A stretch of 64,000 bases of DNA from Dimorphilus gyrociliatus (lineage: Eukaryota > Animalia > Annelida): contig CAJFCJ010000025.1 of NCBI GenBank assembly GCA_904063045.1, positions 372,001 through 436,000 on the forward strand, written 5' to 3'. Shown here piece after piece: positions 52,901-64,000 of the stretch. The position numbers were made by a program, and so were the translations under genes. The stretch's first letter is position 1, and the number at the start of each line of letters is the position of its first letter. Below the pieces are notes generated by a model. The model worked only from the letters and a program-made list of their open reading frames with translations. It did no database searches and was not told the origin of the DNA.

Positions 52901-55900
52901 ACAGACGGAGATGTGCTTCCGCGAAAAATCTGTTTTTCCTGCTCGACTCAGCTGATCTTCCAGGCGCAGGTGGAAGGCATTAGACAGCTGCATCGGTAGC
53001 TGGAAGCAGGTGGTGTGCAGCGATTCGCCAGAAACAGGTGCCTAAATTCTCGCAACATTTGCAATGGGATGACGCAGCTGTTTCTGTTGAGCAGCTGGAT
53101 AACAGATGGGTCGTCAGGGTCAATAAACCCGATATGAAAAGCGTTGAAGAAATTCTTTCGATATCTTGCCTCTGTTTTGGAATTTTTAAGCTATCGTTGC
53201 CCTCAAGCGTGGTATCTATGAATGCTCAACTATGTCTTCTCTCTCGATAATAATGATTTTTTATCAATCCGTTCGTCTCTCTTAACTAGGATAACAAGGA
53301 ACTCGTTAGGCACAAGATTTTTTAAATGAAGTATTAATTTATGTACTTTTGTTTTCTTAACGAAATTTAAACTCTGTTGTCTTCAAATCGGGTTTGCTTA
53401 TCTTAATTAATTCTTTCCACATGTTAGAAACGGCTATTCCTTTTCAATTATGGATGAATTTGTTATATTTTATTTTACAATCTTAGCCTCGACTCCTCCG
53501 CCTCCGTAACAATCAATCAAACTTATTTGAACAATTTCTTATATCAATTATAGACACATGGCAGTATAGATTGCCGGTTAGGGAATGGATAGTCTTAAAC
53601 AAAGTTTATTGAACATGAGTGGGGAAGCTAAAGTTTTTTACATGTCCATTGATGATGAACTTAAAATAGAGGTATATGTAAAATTTGCCTGATAAAACTA
53701 TTTCACAGAAAGTTTTCTTTCAAAACATTTCTGCCAGCTAGCTGATAACAGGTGGATGTTATCAGCCGCCAAAGATAGCGCCTTATCGGGCTTAAGTTTG
53801 CAGTAAGCGTGACGGCGAGTCGGTAAACAACGTAAACAAAGACTCGACCGACTTATTGTTTGTCACGTTCCATCGTTTGTTCGTACAATCCTCAACTGAA
53901 AGACAATGCTTAAAGCAATGTATAAATGCCAGTAAAAGGGAGTAGAGATCGTTTTTGCGCGTTGTGGGAAGACGACAGATTGTTACTTGATTAGACACTC
54001 ATTCTCTATTTTAACAATTAAACGAGCTATGTAAACGTTCAATCAATTTTTTTTTTAATTTTATTTTCTACGTCACCTTGATTGGAGATAGAAAACAATT
54101 GTTGATTCTTGTCCTTTGAACTGAAAAAATATAAAAAGTAATATGGCACTATTTCCCTTTATACCAACAAGAAGTCTCTATATTCAACAATTAACAAAGC
54201 TTTGCTAGGGATTAATGAATTTTTCTTAATAATTGATTTTTAGTGGCTGGGGAAAGAAGTGCTGCTTGTCTTTGTTACAAAAATTGATTGTTCTTTTGTG
54301 CTGCACGGTAGAGCGCGTGTTCAAAATTGGGAATAATTTGAAGAAACGTTCGTAAATAATTCAAGATGTCGCAGCTGATTGAACCCTTGAGGTTTGCAGG
54401 AATAGTAGCGAATCACGGAAACTTGTAAATGGGAGTCTTTCATCCTTCCGGTTCTAAATGTTGACCCTATATAGTTCAATTTACTAAACAAGGTCGCTTA
54501 GTTCAAATCATTTTATTCAATAGATATAAACAAAAACCCATTAACAATAGGATATATAATTTTTAAATTTTTTCAGGCTTTATTCCGCAGTTGTTTTTTC
54601 CGATTAGTCCCTTTTCAATTGTTAAATAATGACGTTTAGATTATATCAACTTAAATAACTCATTATATTCATTCGATAAGAAATAGGGGAATATGGGATT
54701 CTACAATAGGTTTTGAATAAAAATAGGCCTTTATGTTGTCGGATGATTCTCAATACGGATTTCGTTACAATTTTCGATTAAAATTTGACTTTTTAATGTT
54801 CTTTTATGGCATTTTCTAAAGTCGCTTTTTAATTGGTTGATTCTCTTTAACTCTATTTTTAAACTTACTCTAGAGCAGAGGATTAATTCTCCTAATATTT
54901 GACACTTTCGCCCTTTAACCTGTATTATTCGTTTTAGCCGAGGCTCTGACCCTAATCCATAGCTGTATAACCCCTTCTTTTTAGATGAAAATATTGAAAA
55001 AAGTATTTTTTCCATTATGCTCTATGCGGTTGTTTATATAATGGCTAATTCCTCGCAAAGATATTTTTTAAATAACTATTGTTTGCCAAAGGCAATTTAA
55101 ATGTCGGTAGATGGAGTTTGAGTGGATATCACGAGCAAGAGTTGTGACGAATCAATCACATAAAAATATATATGATGGGAGATTTTAATATCACTAGATG
55201 GAGTTAGAAGAAGTAATAAATTGAGAAAGAGATTGAAGGAGAGAGAGAGATAGATAGAGAGAATAGTCAAGTATTCAAGCAAGTGTTAAGATTATAAATC
55301 TAAAAATGATTGAGACCATTCAGATAAAGCATGATTGCCTGGTTTTGATGTAAGTTCCCACCGCCCCAATCGTTTTCATTAAGGCGTCGGAAATGTAAAG
55401 CAGTCTGCAGTTGACAGCCCGACGTGAAGAAAAGGAAGGAAGAGCCGCTAATGGAGCGTAATAGAAAATGCGTAGGAGACGAGACGATTTTTTTTATTAA
55501 ATGAGTTTATAAGGAAAAACAATTAAAAAAATTAATAGGTTATGTTCCTTCAATGAACAATAAGCCATTTTTTATAGATAAATTTAATAACTGATATCAA
55601 GGTTATTTAAGAGAGTTTTTAACTATTCAACTAAGTCAATAAGAAAATCATATTAGTGTGAAAAGGGCGGCGAATTTCAACTTGGTTTATTTGATAAAAT
55701 AAATTTGATTTCCTTCTTTTTTTTGATCTATTTATTAACTGTTTATGGCTATGTCGTAGTATTCGTACGTTAAGAAAAAGTAACTTTGTTTAAAAAGACG
55801 AGTAATGGCGAAACAATTATGGGAAGCGAAGTGAAGTTGAGAGAAGATTAAATGGAATGCGGATGTTGTCCAGGTAAAACTTCTCACCATATCTCGGTTA

Positions 55901-58900
55901 AAGAGAGGATGCTGTGTATAAATCAATTTAAATCGATATGTAGAGGTCGAATCAATAAAAGTAGTTATGTTTTAGTAAAAAATATATGAAGAGAATGCAA
56001 AATGACTTAGTCAGTTTAGAGTGCTATTGTTAATTTGCGGTTTCTCTAGAGGTATGTTCACAAGGTGAATGTAGTTCGTGACTGTCTGTTTTTCATATTG
56101 GACGGAAAACTAAAAACGTAACGTTATAATAAGGTCACGTAATCGTCTGTCGTTCGCCTGACAGTGATGTTTGCCAAACAAGCAAGAGAAAAACTAGGCC
56201 AAACTCTCTCTCTATACCGCTGCTGCTGCTCTGCAAACAAGGCTGGGAAAAGAACTGTGTTATATAGCTTTAGAGAATTTTAGAAATATATAGCGCCTAG
56301 ACCAGATAAGACAAACCGCTCTAACTCCCTTATCATTTTTTATTGTGCATTGTGTAAACAGCGGAAAAAATCGTAAAATTCGCACTTGGCTTTTGTTCCC
56401 AGCAGTCTTGTGTTTCATGCTGAAGTGAATTGACATAAAATTTTACACCAAGTGTCTCGCCGCACTGACAATCCGACCTTAAAAATACAATTACTAAAGG
56501 TCCTACTATCAAAATATATTCTCCTTCGAGAAAGAATGCGACCCATCTCCTTCTATATCAATGCTTCATTATTCTCTGTATTTTCTTTTTTAATTTCTTC
56601 ATGTCAAAGTTCTTTTTCTTTAATTTATTGGTTTTAAGATGCTGTTAAAAGGGAAAAATTTCAATATTGAAAGCCTTGACAATCGACGGACTCGAGTAAT
56701 TGTATTTTATTGTCTGCCTATCACAATCGACATTTCAATTATTCCACGAGCTGGAACATTTCTCTTACTATTCTCAAAGGCGATCTTTTGATCTTGGAAC
56801 TGTTCGCATTTACTTTTCTCGATGATATTTCATTTTGATTTTGTAAGATGACGAGAAATTCGCCTTTTATGGTATATCAATTATTGAACTGTGTAAAGTT
56901 TTGGTTTTTGCATAAATATGTTAGGTATTCGCCTTGGATAAAGTATGATATATATATATATCTAAATTTATATATGTATATACTCATATTGTTCTCTCGT
57001 TTGCTTATATGGCAACTAACTTTTAGAATGGGGGGTGGAAAGGGGAGGGGTAGGAGGAGGTGAGACGGAAGTTTAAGAGAAATAGCTTAACACTCGGGCC
57101 ATTTAACACGTCCTCAATTGGATTTTCACCCTTGTTTGCCCGAGTCGAGTTTGGCAATTATACAAAAGGTTAATCCGTTTGAGTGGATTTAGCACGTGTT
57201 TTAATTACGTCATAGTACTTTGCTAGAGCTAATTGATTTCTTACGTTATTTAAAGAATGCTCGATTAAAGTTAGCGGCGTTCTTTAGAAGGCCTTTAGGC
57301 GCGTTAAAATCGCCTATTCTTTATTGACTTTTCACGCCTTGAACAAAAGCTCGTTTCGCGCTAGCATAGTTCACTTATAAATTTTTATGAGAGTTATTGA
57401 ATTGCTATCGAAAGCCTACAACCCAGGATACTCTACCCATTTTTATTAGTCTATCAACTTCTTAACCATTTAGCTTTTGATTAATAAAAGTAACTTGAAC
57501 CCATAATTCTTTTGTTGTTTTGACAACGGCAATTACGTCCATCCGTTCGAACAATTGCTTTTAACATAGTTTTATTGGACTTTTAAATTTATATTTATGT
57601 TTGGCCAGATTACTGTTGTACTTAAATAGTAGAATGAGAAAAAGGTTAAAAAAAATTGGAACAATCGTTCCTATTGTCCTGAACTCTTTAAGGGTTAGGA
57701 GGGTAAACCCAAAAACAAAAACTTACAGAAGAAAAGCGTTCTTTCTCTTTTCTTTTTTCTCTTTTTATTTATAGACGGTAACCGTCACTTTTCAAAAAAT
57801 AATGAAAAAAAAGAGACTAGTATATTAATTGAAAAACTTTTATTATCAATCAGGTGTTGATCGTACTTGAATATAGTTGTAGTGTGCATACCGTATTTAA
57901 ACTGCTTCAATAGTATATTGACAGTGCAATGAAATATATAAAGTTTAGTTCTTGGGTTCTGAACTACAAGTCAAAATATTCAAATATACATACAGCATAT
58001 ATATACTCTTTATATTTGAATATGTATATATGTATATATAAATATATATAATAAAAGAGAGAAATAGAAGAATTGAGAAAGGAAATCCGTGTTAGGATAT
58101 ATTATTCCGACCCGATGACCCCTCGAATAAAAGAACTTCTTTTTATGTGCCATATCGTAAGAACAAACAAAAGGGGTGTGAGATAGAGAGGTGAGAATGG
58201 AATTTACACTAATAAAGAATCTTTTAAATAAAAAAATAAAAGACGAGTGAGAGAAAACCGCAAAAATGCCTGGCGCCAGGCAGTCTAGCATATCGAGACT
58301 GCCTGACGCCAAATTGGGCCTATATTGTGTGAAACTAGGTAGTGGTCTCGGCTATTGAAATTTCGCCGAAAACTGGTCATCGGTCAGTGGGAATTTCCCA
58401 GTCGTTTAAAGGATAGCGTTGAAGGCACATCAATAGTAAAATTAATGGTGTTATTTTACTACAAAACGCCCGCTTTTCGCTCGTTCAACACTAAATGACC
58501 CGAGCTGACACCCCGATTGTGGAGATAGTATAGTCCATTTTTTAAGATATACCTTTATACCTGTAAATGGTCTACGAAAATCGTATAGTTTTGTGAATTA
58601 CACTACTCTAAAGGATACTGCGATGTGGCAGAATATTCCCTGCAGAAGATCGACAATTCAGTGGCACGCTCTTAGTCCAGGTATATACCAAGAGGTGTTT
58701 CCTAGGCAACCCGGCAAGCGGAGTGGAAAAAATGCAAGAAGCTCCACTCGACCGTGTTGGAAACGATAAATAAGGGCGATAATGGAGAAGAGCTAATGAA
58801 ATCGTGCAATTAAATGACGCTAATCGAATCTTGGGGGTGGAGGATGAAGGGAATTAGATGTCGCTAGACGGCGATTATCATTTTGCGCAGTTTGCGTTTT

Positions 58901-61900
58901 AAACTATGCTCTTTCCTTTCTCCTCCCCTTCTCATTTCTCTCTTACAAACGCTTGATTAAGGGGATCGCTCGGTATAATCCCGTATTATGTCGAGGGTCT
59001 TATGGAGATGATCATTTGCCTCTTCTGTCAGCTATGGACTTGTACCTCTCATTCCCATGTAGATTATTTTTTTTTAGCGGAAGTCATTTATCACATCCTG
59101 AGAACATCTAGCTTTTGAATTGAATGACATCGATTTATCTTTAAATAATATTTCTTTACCAATCCTATCGTTAAAAGCTTAGAAAGATAGTTCAAAACGA
59201 AGTATATACTTATAAATATATATATATATATATACATTTTGGTATATATGAACATACAAATTGTGTATGTATATAGATCTTTATGGAAGTTGATTTCAAA
59301 GTCGTAGGGTATATGATACCAATCAGTCAGTGTTAAAGTCATACCAAGATAATAATTGCAGATTTTATAAAAGAAAATTATATTGTCTACCAAATCTTTT
59401 ATCATGCAAAAAAGAATTATTGCAATAATCAGTTGCGCACTTTGTTTGTTAACTCGTCCATTCGTTTTTGTTAAGTATTTGTATTCAAAATATATTGGTA
59501 GGGTTTTGAATTGTAGATTTTACTTATTATTTCCACACCTTATTGTGTATCGGGGCGTGATTTCTTTTTTCAATCTAATATAAATAAAGGAAATGATTTA
59601 GTTAATTGCATAAGTTGAATTCTTTACACTTAAGCAAGTTATTCAAGATTTATTCAAATAGAGGGAGAATATCTTTCAATTCTCTATTAATAACTATCAA
59701 CATATCAAAAAACTATTTCATAGAATATATAAACCGATAATCACTAGCTCAATGTCTTGTGTATTATTTTGATTTGTTCTTTTTCGCCTATCTGTTCCTT
59801 TAAAAAAAAATCGATATTTTTTGGACAACTTTTATAAAGAACCTCTTTTCTGAAGAAACGAAAAAGGCGCTGACGGTTTCTTTTATGAAAAGGCGTTGAA
59901 TAGTATAATCGTTTTGAGAAAATGAGAATTTTTTTTCATTGAATTATAGGGGTGATGTAAATGCTAAAACGTTTTTTTCTTCCTTTAGACGTACAAAGTG
60001 ATGCTGGTAGTTGGCATTCGCATAGCAATCAAAATAGCCCGAATTATTCTGATTCAACGGTAAGAAACTACTCTAATCTTTCATGCCTATTTGTGTATAT
60101 AGAGACTATTATATATTGAATTGGAAATTCTTATAAAGAATTTAGTTGTCCTATAGTACTTAATTTTTTTCTTCTCTTTGCATTTTATACAAACACATAG
60201 TTTAGGTATCTACTTATAATTTCTGTATTTACCTTAAGCCTTGATAAAAATTCAAGTGGTTTTTCCACTAATTATCTTTTGAATTCAAACTTTCTTTGTC
60301 ATTGTTTACACAACCGAAGAAAAAAAAGATAATAGATATAAATATCTACTTAAGTTTCGCAAACAAACAAAATATATACTGAATTTCCATTTCTAGTCTC
60401 TTTCTCCTGTTTTTTTTGATAAGATTACATTCGAAACAAAATTCTCATACAGTTTTCATGCACTTTTTCTTACACTTATCACTATCAAAACGTTATAGAT
60501 TAGTCTTTTTTTTACTGTTTAATGTAACAAAGATAGTTATATTTTTATTTATTCAATGCAGCAAATCTTTGACAATGCTTCGGCCAACTTCAATGGCGAT
60601 CAGCAGCCGTATCCTCCATCATCGAATCTAGAAATTCTCAGTAAGTTAAACTCAATATACTCAGTTATTAGAGATGGCCAGAAAAAAAAATCAAAAGTGC
60701 ATTCTTCAGAATGACTTTTAAAAATGAGGTTAAGGGTAGGGGAGAGTAAGGGGGTGAGTGAAGGAGAGAAAATTAATGAGGGAAAGAAGTAGAAGGGCTG
60801 TGAGAGACGTGCATCGTTTGACATTATTTTTGACGTTTCTGTTTTCCATCAAGTGAACCGTGGTACAATAGTTTGCCAGCTTCGCCAAATCGATAGCATG
60901 TGTTGAAAAGTATTCCTAGTTTGTCGCGCTTAAGTAAGAGATGCTTCCGTTTGTTTATAAAAGAAAAAGTTTAGGACAAAGTTAAAGTTTATAAAAGACA
61001 TGAGATATGCGTATTTAGTTTTATTTTTAAGGGTGAAAGTTTATCGGTAGACAATAAAAGAAAAAGTTTTAAAAATACGCATCGGCGATGACAGATACAA
61101 TCCTAAAGAATATAGACATCAATAGCCAAAGTTAGATTATTTTTCCCTTTTTTTGCATCTCAAGGAGCTCTTTTAAATTTATACCGAAATTCTAGCCGCT
61201 TCTCAAATATCAAGCATAAAAGTATTTAAAAAGGCTTTTTAACTGATACTATGATATAATTCCCTTGTACTTGATATAAAGAATAAATATTTTCTTGAAA
61301 TCTCCTTGGAACAATGACGTAATTAAGAGGATAAAAACAATAATAAGGGAGTTTCCTGCGTTAAATCTTACATTTAAAGTGAAATTTTTATCATTCTAAT
61401 TAAAATTTCTTTATTAGTTTTACTATTCGTAGAAATAAAAAAAGACACAGATAACTAACTGTAAATTAGCAAAGTTTTACACATTCTATACCACTATTGA
61501 GTGTAGTAGAAAACAGCGTTGATACTTAGGAGATTTGAAGTGGAGGTACGTTGATAGATCTTTCTTGCACAAAGCAGTCTAGTTTTTCACGTTTTCTACA
61601 AAACCTCCTACTGACTATCGCTCTCTTTCTCTCTACACCCACACCCCTCTTTAGTCATTCTGCTTCTTCTCTCGCCAAAATATTACGTCATTCAGGGACA
61701 AAGGGAATGAAAATGATGACAAATCCAATTGTTTTCTTACTCTTTACAAAATATTTCTATACATTAATGTATATACTATATATATATATAGCGAATATTG
61801 TGTATACATTATACAAGGAATATATACTATATATATATATATTAGAACATATATATTTCAGTTTTTGTATTTTTCAACTTTTCTAGATTTATTTACGAAA

Positions 61901-62391
61901 CTTAATACGTTAGAATTAAACAAAAAATTTATATATAAATATTCTACTGTTTCGTTATTATAACAATCTATAATTGAGTAAAATAATGTTAGAGAAAGTA
62001 ATGAAAAGTATCACAGTCTTGCAAGCTAATCCTTTGCCTTATTCTTTTTCTACGATCTTTTTTTCTAAAGAAAAGATAAAACTCTATATCCCTCTCTGGT
62101 TACGTAACATCGGGACGATTTTCGAACGGGAACTAGGTCAGATAAGAGATGGTTTCCCATTACGGCTCCCAGCGGAGATAGCGTCCCTTTTTTATAACAG
62201 ATATGCTGATCTTCCCTTTTTACAAACTGTACGCCCGCCTAATTAAAAAGCGTTCGAAAATCGATAAGCGCTTAGTGCGGGCCGATTTCGTATATAGATA
62301 ATCTCGGCCATCTCTTTACCCGAAATTTCCACTGATAACTGTCTGTTTTTCAGATTCGCCGGTACGCCATGCGGGCAGCCGAGAGCCAACG
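49905..62391 (+). CDS. TCF12: 5' part of the class I bHLH E-protein gene (TCF4/TCF12/TCF3/daughterless family). Coding exons 49905-49955, 51300-51360, 59989-60059, 60562-60640, 62354-62391. Non-coding exon 1 ends at 49706. The bHLH domain lies beyond the window.
   Basis: Spliced MNVGQDKELNDLLDFSA|MFSPPVRSSNSNVETTSYRH|DVQSDAGSWHSHSNQNSPNYSDST|QIFDNASANFNGDQQPYPPSSNLEIL|NSPVRHAGSREPT. DKEL.DLLDFSAMFSPPV is the E-protein AD1 signature. All junctions are AG/GT with compatible phases 0,1,0,1,0. The symbol marks the family, not a specific vertebrate paralog. Confidence 0.9.
52949..53108. promoter_or_regulatory. Dense homotypic E-box cluster (candidate enhancer) in E-protein intron 3
   Basis: CAGCTG at 52949, 52985, 53075, 53092; CAGGTG at 52967, 53007, 53035; CATTTG at 53056; CAGATG at 53103. 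Confidence 0.75.
53741..53766. promoter_or_regulatory. Perfect 10-bp inverted repeat forming GATA/E-box/GATA
   Basis: GCTGATAACA-GGTGGA-TGTTATCAGC contains TGATAA, CAGGTG and TTATCA. Confidence 0.5.
58272..58310. promoter_or_regulatory. Inverted pair of BMP-responsive Smad1/5-Smad4 (Mad/Medea/Schnurri-type) elements
   Basis: Plus strand GGCGCC-AGGCA-GTCT (58272-58286) and minus strand GGCGTC-AGGCA-GTCT (58310-58296) both match GRCGNC-N5-GTCT exactly. Confidence 0.7.
59216..59234. repeat. (AT)n microsatellite; a similar tract lies at about 117-135
   Basis: Uninterrupted AT dinucleotide run. Confidence 0.8.
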
Positions 62392-64000
62392 GTAAGCGGG
62401 TGTTTGTCAGTTATTGTTGTTTGGCAGAAAGTATGAGTATCCGAAAAAAGAGTAATTGCACAAAATTTTTTGTTAATCCTTATATCAAACATTATTTGTT
62501 TGTGAGAAAAATTGAGGTAAAGAAAGGAGTGATGGAATGAGAATGAGAGAGATCTGTAAAACGGTGTATAGTAGGGAGGTGATGTGAATCAGTCGAGATT
62601 CTGGAGTGTTGTGTTGTATTTCGGATGGAACATGTGTCTAGATACGTTCCAGAAAGCACATGTGTTACTGTTCAAAGACATCTGTCGCTTTTCACGAATA
62701 CTACAGCCGTCTCTAGACGCTTTAGTGATGCTTGATTCTAGGGTTATGGTTATTAAAAGCCGCCTACGTTGTGCAATCTCTACAAACCTGACCCAGTTTG
62801 TAGTCGAGGCGCAGATGTTCGTAGACATTCTTGACTTTTAACTGAAAAGCCTAAAGAGAAGAGTAGAGCGGAAACGACTATATGCAACCGTATCTATTTT
62901 AGTTTTTAGATATGTCTCGAAAAGTCATCCACAGCCCGACTATTCCCTAATTTAATTACAAGAATTAGCTAATTCAGCATTTACGTCCAACTAAATCAAT
63001 AGGCTTTCTATTTATTAAATTAACTACTAACTTGTCACGTGATCAGTTTATACAATCGATTAAGCAATCAACATATCTTATACCAGGAAAATTATAAATA
63101 TTTTGGATAAATAGTTCTCATTTCTATAGCTTAAAAGTCATATCTCTTATCTCTTCAATTTCCATCTGTGTAATTATTTTTATTCTATAATTATACATAC
63201 TGCTACTTAAGAATTAAACTCCTTTCTCTCGAAATGATTATCTCATTAAACGAGTATTTTTCGAACCTGTCGTTGTTCATTATGTTCAACTTGGCTATTT
63301 TGTAATAATTTAAACTTATGCAACAAAGAAAATGGCTGTTTAGAAGACAAATCGCGATACTCTTTAATGACGTCACAGCCGGAAAGTAACTAATCCCATC
63401 CCTCCCATTGTAACCCTTTTTCATATTTGAGAGCAAGGCTGAGACTTTAGGAAACGGAAGAACAACTCAGAAACGAGAAGTTCTTTTTTTTGACATTTTA
63501 GGAACAAAGGAGGAGAGAAATATACCTTCAGGCAAAGTCTGTGAAATTTGAAACGACGACCCCCCCCTCTCTTAACGACCTCGAGTGTCGTAAAGTAATA
63601 AAGATTGGCGAATCGTCGAAAATTGTTTAATAGTACTTTCCGTAATATAGGCGACTCGAATATTGAATGGCCGAGCAACAGCTGCAATTTTGCAGATGCC
63701 GTTCGTCGATGAGAGCGGCGCATCTGGAACGCATCGATCCGCCAATCGGTAGCAGAGTTTCGCAAAGACTCTTTCCGGCTTTATCTTATTGCCGTTGATG
63801 AGTTATAGTAGAAGTTCGGGCCTGTTTTTACTTGACTCTTTCCCTTCTTTTATTTTGGAATATGTCTATGTAAATTACCTTATCCAACTGCCACAAAATA
63901 TTCCAATACCAGCTGATGAATTATAGACGCAGGCCTTATTAGTCCATTTTTTTATTGCAGCTATTGCTGATAACTAGCCAAAATTCACTTGCTGTTGTTA

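Noticed and set aside
53585-53671. ATG-initiated 29-codon segment ending GAG|GTATAT (MDSLKQSLLNMSGEAKVFYMSIDDELKIE); similar case at 56639-56695
   Set aside because: Phase 0, so incompatible with exon 4 unless exon 4 is skipped; no homology. Not excluded, but unsupported.
53963-53970. Su(H)/CSL sites TGTGGGAA (also 62501 and 7544) implying Notch input
   Set aside because: Rough expectation is about one per 15 kb by chance, and there is no paired-site architecture.
57030-57060. G-rich tract as a G-quadruplex or MGGGKGRGRRR exon
   Set aside because: Only three tracts of three or more G, purine-rich low complexity, and the donor phase is incompatible.
61551-63765. ORF-track ORFs in the 3' part of the window (61551, 61974, 62584, 62589, 63203, 63421)
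   Set aside because: No recognisable domains. They lie in E-protein introns and overlap regulatory-motif islands or low-complexity AT tracts.

Overview
Eukaryotic (animal), AT-rich, very compact genomic window. Most introns are about 50-70 nt and most intergenic gaps are 100-500 bp. This resembles a miniaturised lophotrochozoan genome such as the annelid Dimorphilus, which is an inference from architecture and protein style only. I saw no prokaryotic systems, CRISPR arrays, rRNA, tRNA or intact transposons. Gene order: vanin/biotinidase-like (-), transportin-1 (+), MICOS13/QIL1 (-), ELOVL (+), TAX1BP3-like PDZ (+), POP7 (-), two intronless STELLO/DUF288-like paralogs (+), jitterbug-type filamin (-), an orphan 82-aa secreted twin C-x3-C-x6-C-x4-C peptide (+), AGMO (+), VCP (-), ALKBH7 (+), CFAP57 (-). 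The apparently empty last 15 kb is the 5' part of the E-protein gene (TCF4/TCF12/daughterless family). It is made of 38-79 nt exons that the ORF track misses and has an 8.6-kb third intron. That intron holds a dense CAGSTG E-box cluster (candidate autoregulation), a GATA/E-box/GATA inverted repeat, an inverted pair of GRCGNC-N5-GTCT BMP/Smad elements and candidate alternative first or poison exons. Best leads: the orphan secreted disulfide-rich peptide; the E-protein intron acting as a BMP plus bHLH regulatory hub; and a GA-AG intron together with a Cys-to-Ser nucleophile change in the vanin gene. Gene models were spliced by eye. Family assignments and human exon comparisons are from memory, not from database searches.
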